59,463 nt of DNA from Patescibacteria group bacterium (GTDB taxonomy: Bacteria; Patescibacteriota; Minisyncoccia; Moranbacterales; UBA2206): assembly GCA_022711335.1 (NCBI GenBank), contig JAKLFF010000005.1, positions 1 to 59,463 on the forward strand, written 5' to 3'. The notes below the pieces were generated by a model. The model had not been told where the DNA came from, did no database searches, and saw only the letters and a list, made by a program, of their open reading frames with translations. Below, in pieces: positions 57,473-59,463 of this stretch (its first letter is position 1; every line of letters begins with the position of its first letter). The translations under genes were made by a program, and so were the position numbers.

Positions 57473-58285
57473 ATGGGAACTGAAAAAAAGATTCTGGAAG
57501 CGTTTCATGCCTTGGCGAATGTTCTGGAAACGTATTTCAGCTTTGAACGTCAGGTAATGGCGACCGCATCTTTCAAGACAGGTGCGAGTGGAAGCAAAGA
57601 AATAGTTACTGAAGTTGATAAGGAAGTTGAAGAAATCTGCATCAAATTTATCACATCTTTCTTCCCAGAAATTCCAGTCCTTGCTGAAGAGCATTATGAA
57701 AATGGAAATACTCTTCCCAATGATGGCTGGGTTTTCATCATTGACCCAATTGATGGCACAGCTGAATTTTCCAGAGGAAGCCATGAATGGTCAATTTCTC
57801 TTTCTGCTGTTAAGAATCTGAAGCCTTCTGTTGGCATGCTTTTTATGCCGCAGGACAATTTGAGGTTATCAGCTCGCAGGGGAGAGGGGGTGGTTTGTAA
57901 CGGAGAAGTATTGTCTTCAAAGACTCAAATCGGTGAAACAAGGAAAATCGCAGTGAGTCCTAGGCAAATTCAAATTCCTGAATTCAAGTCCAGGATTCAA
58001 AGAAGCGGATTGAAGCCCATTCCTGTTTCAACACTGACCATCAAAATCGTTTCTATCCTTATGGGAAAGGCTGATGCTGGAATATATTTTCCCCAAGAAG
58101 GGAAATCGGCGAATATCTGGGACTATGCAGCCGCCATCTTGTTGCTTGAAGAGTTCGGGGGCAAGATGACTTCGCTTGACGGTTCAGCTATGCCATTTGG
58201 TGGTCAAAGGATAATTCACAGGGAAGGCTGGTTCGCTACCAATAGTTCTTGCGACCACGATGAACTTTTAAGGAAACTGCAATGA
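57473..58285 (+). CDS. inositol monophosphatase family protein
   Basis: ATG 57473 has GGGAGG upstream. Motifs are VLAEE...WVFIIDPIDGTAEF and WDYAAA. Confidence 0.8.
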   Translation: MGTEKKILEAFHALANVLETYFSFERQVMATASFKTGASGSKEIVTEVDKEVEEICIKFITSFFPEIPVLAEEHYENGNTLPNDGWVFIIDPIDGTAEFSRGSHEWSISLSAVKNLKPSVGMLFMPQDNLRLSARRGEGVVCNGEVLSSKTQIGETRKIAVSPRQIQIPEFKSRIQRSGLKPIPVSTLTIKIVSILMGKADAGIYFPQEGKSANIWDYAAAILLLEEFGGKMTSLDGSAMPFGGQRIIHREGWFATNSSCDHDELLRKLQ

Positions 58286-58407
58286 AATTGCAGAAGAAGG
58301 TAGAAATATGATATGCCCTGACTTTAAATGGAGTTGGGGCATTTTACTTTTTATTGAATTATGGGTATTATAATTTCAAGATTGCATTAACCATTAAAAC
58401 TAATCTC

Positions 58408-58947
58408 ATGGCAAATAAAATTGAAAAATGGGAGGAATTATCACGGGAAATTGCTTTCCAAAAATATAGCCGAAAAATTGAGAAGGTGATGTATAAAATG
58501 CCTGACGGCAAAGAAAGTGATTTTTATCTAAAAAAAGAAGGACCCGCCACGGGAATTTTAGCTCTTACCAAAGACCAGAAAGTTATACTAGTTAAGCAAT
58601 TTCGCCCAGGTCCAAACGAAATACTGAACGAACTTCCAGGCGGATATGTTGATTCCAATGAAACTCCCGAACAAGCGGCCGAAAGAGAACTTTTAGAGGA
58701 AACTGGATATAAGGGCAATGCTAAATTAGTTGCCACTGCTTACGATTGTGCTTATTCCACAATGAACAGATATTGCGTAGTGGTCACTGATTGTGAAAAA
58801 GTTGCCGAGCAAAATTTGGAAAAAAATGAGTTTGCGGAAGTTGTTTTGGTGTCGCTTTCAGAATTTAGAGAACTACTAAAAAGTGGAAAGAATACGGATA
58901 TTGAAGTTGGGTACATTGGATTGGATTATTTGGGGTTATTGAAATGA
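58408..58947 (+). CDS. NUDIX hydrolase (ADP-ribose pyrophosphatase-like)
   Basis: Nudix box GGYVDSNETPEQAAERELLEETGY. Start is ATG 58408. Confidence 0.8.
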   Translation: MANKIEKWEELSREIAFQKYSRKIEKVMYKMPDGKESDFYLKKEGPATGILALTKDQKVILVKQFRPGPNEILNELPGGYVDSNETPEQAAERELLEETGYKGNAKLVATAYDCAYSTMNRYCVVVTDCEKVAEQNLEKNEFAEVVLVSLSEFRELLKSGKNTDIEVGYIGLDYLGLLK

Positions 58948-59053
58948 TAATAGTGAGCAGGACAGTGGGGTAATTTATATCCACGGGCTCAAATCAGGAA
59001 TATAAATATATTCTTCTTTCTTTTTAAATAAAGTTCTAACGTCCATGACTAGC

Positions 59054-59160
59054 CCGTGCGAGAATCAAACTTTCCGGTTTTTCGGAAGAAGGTTTGTGGG
59101 CGGCGCTTCGCGCCGCCCACCAAATCCGGTCGCAAAAACCGGAAAGTTTGATTCTCGCAC
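59054..59160. repeat. 107-nt near-perfect palindrome
   Basis: The 28-nt arms CGTGCGAGAATCAAACTTTCCGGTTTTT (59054-81) and AAAAACCGGAAAGTTTGATTCTCGCACG (59133-60) are perfect complements. The inner 11-bp GC hairpin is GTGGGCGGCGC/GCGCCGCCCAC (59095-59119). Confidence 0.9.
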
Positions 59161-59222
59161 GAATTTACCACCAGGCTCGAACCTTTTTCCAAGAAAACCT
59201 TTGAAGAAAGTTTTCGAGTTTG

Positions 59223-59421
59223 GCCTCCGCCCCGCTTCCGCCCGCAAATTCTTCCTAGAAGAATTTGCGTCCCAAAACTGAAAATTTTTCTATTCCTTTT
59301 AAAAAGAAAAAAAACGGGTGCGCGAAATCAAAAAAGAGTGGAAAAAATTTTCATTTTTGGCAGTCCAGTTCTTTTTCCGAAAAGACTGGACGGCGGAAGC
59401 GGGGCTTCGGCGCGGGGCGGA
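59223..59421. repeat. cluster of GC-rich perfect hairpins and a 14-nt long-range inverted repeat
   Basis: CGCAAATTCTTC-CTA-GAAGAATTTGCG (59243-69). GTCCAGTTCTTTT...AAAAGACTGGAC (59363-91). GCCCCGCTTCCGCC (59229-42) is the exact complement of GGCGGAAGCGGGGC (59393-406). Confidence 0.85.
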
Positions 59422-59463
59422 AAAACGGCGGCGACGGAACTCTTTTTTTATTCTTCTTTTGTG

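Noticed and set aside
59045-59281. 78-aa (+) and 60-aa (-) ORFs at 59045..59281 and 59065..59247
   Set aside because: They are mirror-image translations of the 107-nt palindrome and neighbouring hairpins, so they are not credible genes.
1-59463. Alternative genetic code (UGA as Gly, as in Gracilibacteria/Absconditabacteria)
   Set aside because: Well-conserved genes end at TGA where their homologs end (for example LamG 1370-1372, the ABC ATPase 25674-25676 with an ATGA overlap, and 57469-57471). No conserved gene is broken by in-frame TGA.

Overview
This 59.5-kb window reads like the chromosome of a small-genome uncultivated bacterium. My inference is that it is Candidate Phyla Radiation/Patescibacteria-like. 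It uses the standard genetic code, with TGA clearly acting as a stop. All homology calls come from motifs recognised by eye, and no searches were run.

Backbone genes, in order:
- a 5'-truncated LamG protein, then ybeY, dgkA, ftsA, ftsZ
- a giant Cys-rich surface protein
- nrdR, a DUF559 gene, nrdD, nrdG, DUF167
- comEC split into a channel ORF and an MBL ORF
- rpmF, nusB, rnc, a four-helix-bundle gene, and a short hinge-less smc
- a second giant surface protein (paralog of the first)
- a MacB-like ABC pair, rpsP, rplJ, rplL
- tRNA-Gln, dnaX, a GtrA-like gene
- mraZ, rsmH, ftsL-like, ftsI, murF, rpmE, rpsB, tsf, a PSP1 gene
- a tRNA cluster: Thr(UGU), Tyr, a LAGLIDADG ORF, Thr(GGU) split by a ~194-nt group I intron, rpmG, Trp

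Directly after tRNA-Trp lies a ~9.4-kb AT-rich island. It starts with a large serine recombinase whose 3' end overlaps the tRNA. It also carries two candidate structured RNAs, an AlbA_2 protein and a tight three-gene operon: a SMEK-like protein, an 80-aa middle component and a DUF2326-type coiled-coil ABC ATPase. I read that operon as an ABC-three-component (ABC-3C) conflict system. This class has been predicted from comparative genomics but is essentially uncharacterised, and it is my top candidate for the interesting system in this window.

After the island come a sugar/inositol-phosphate-type operon, a Nudix gene and a block of GC-rich perfect palindromes.

Three dispersed repeat families run through the whole window:
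- opposed arrays of degenerate 7-nt units in most spacers
- a ~115-nt GC-rich hairpin element that looks like a MITE derivative of the DUF559 gene
- a GGYGGATCAGCC hairpin motif

Several copies sit in frame inside housekeeping genes (rsmH, smc, dnaX, rpsB).
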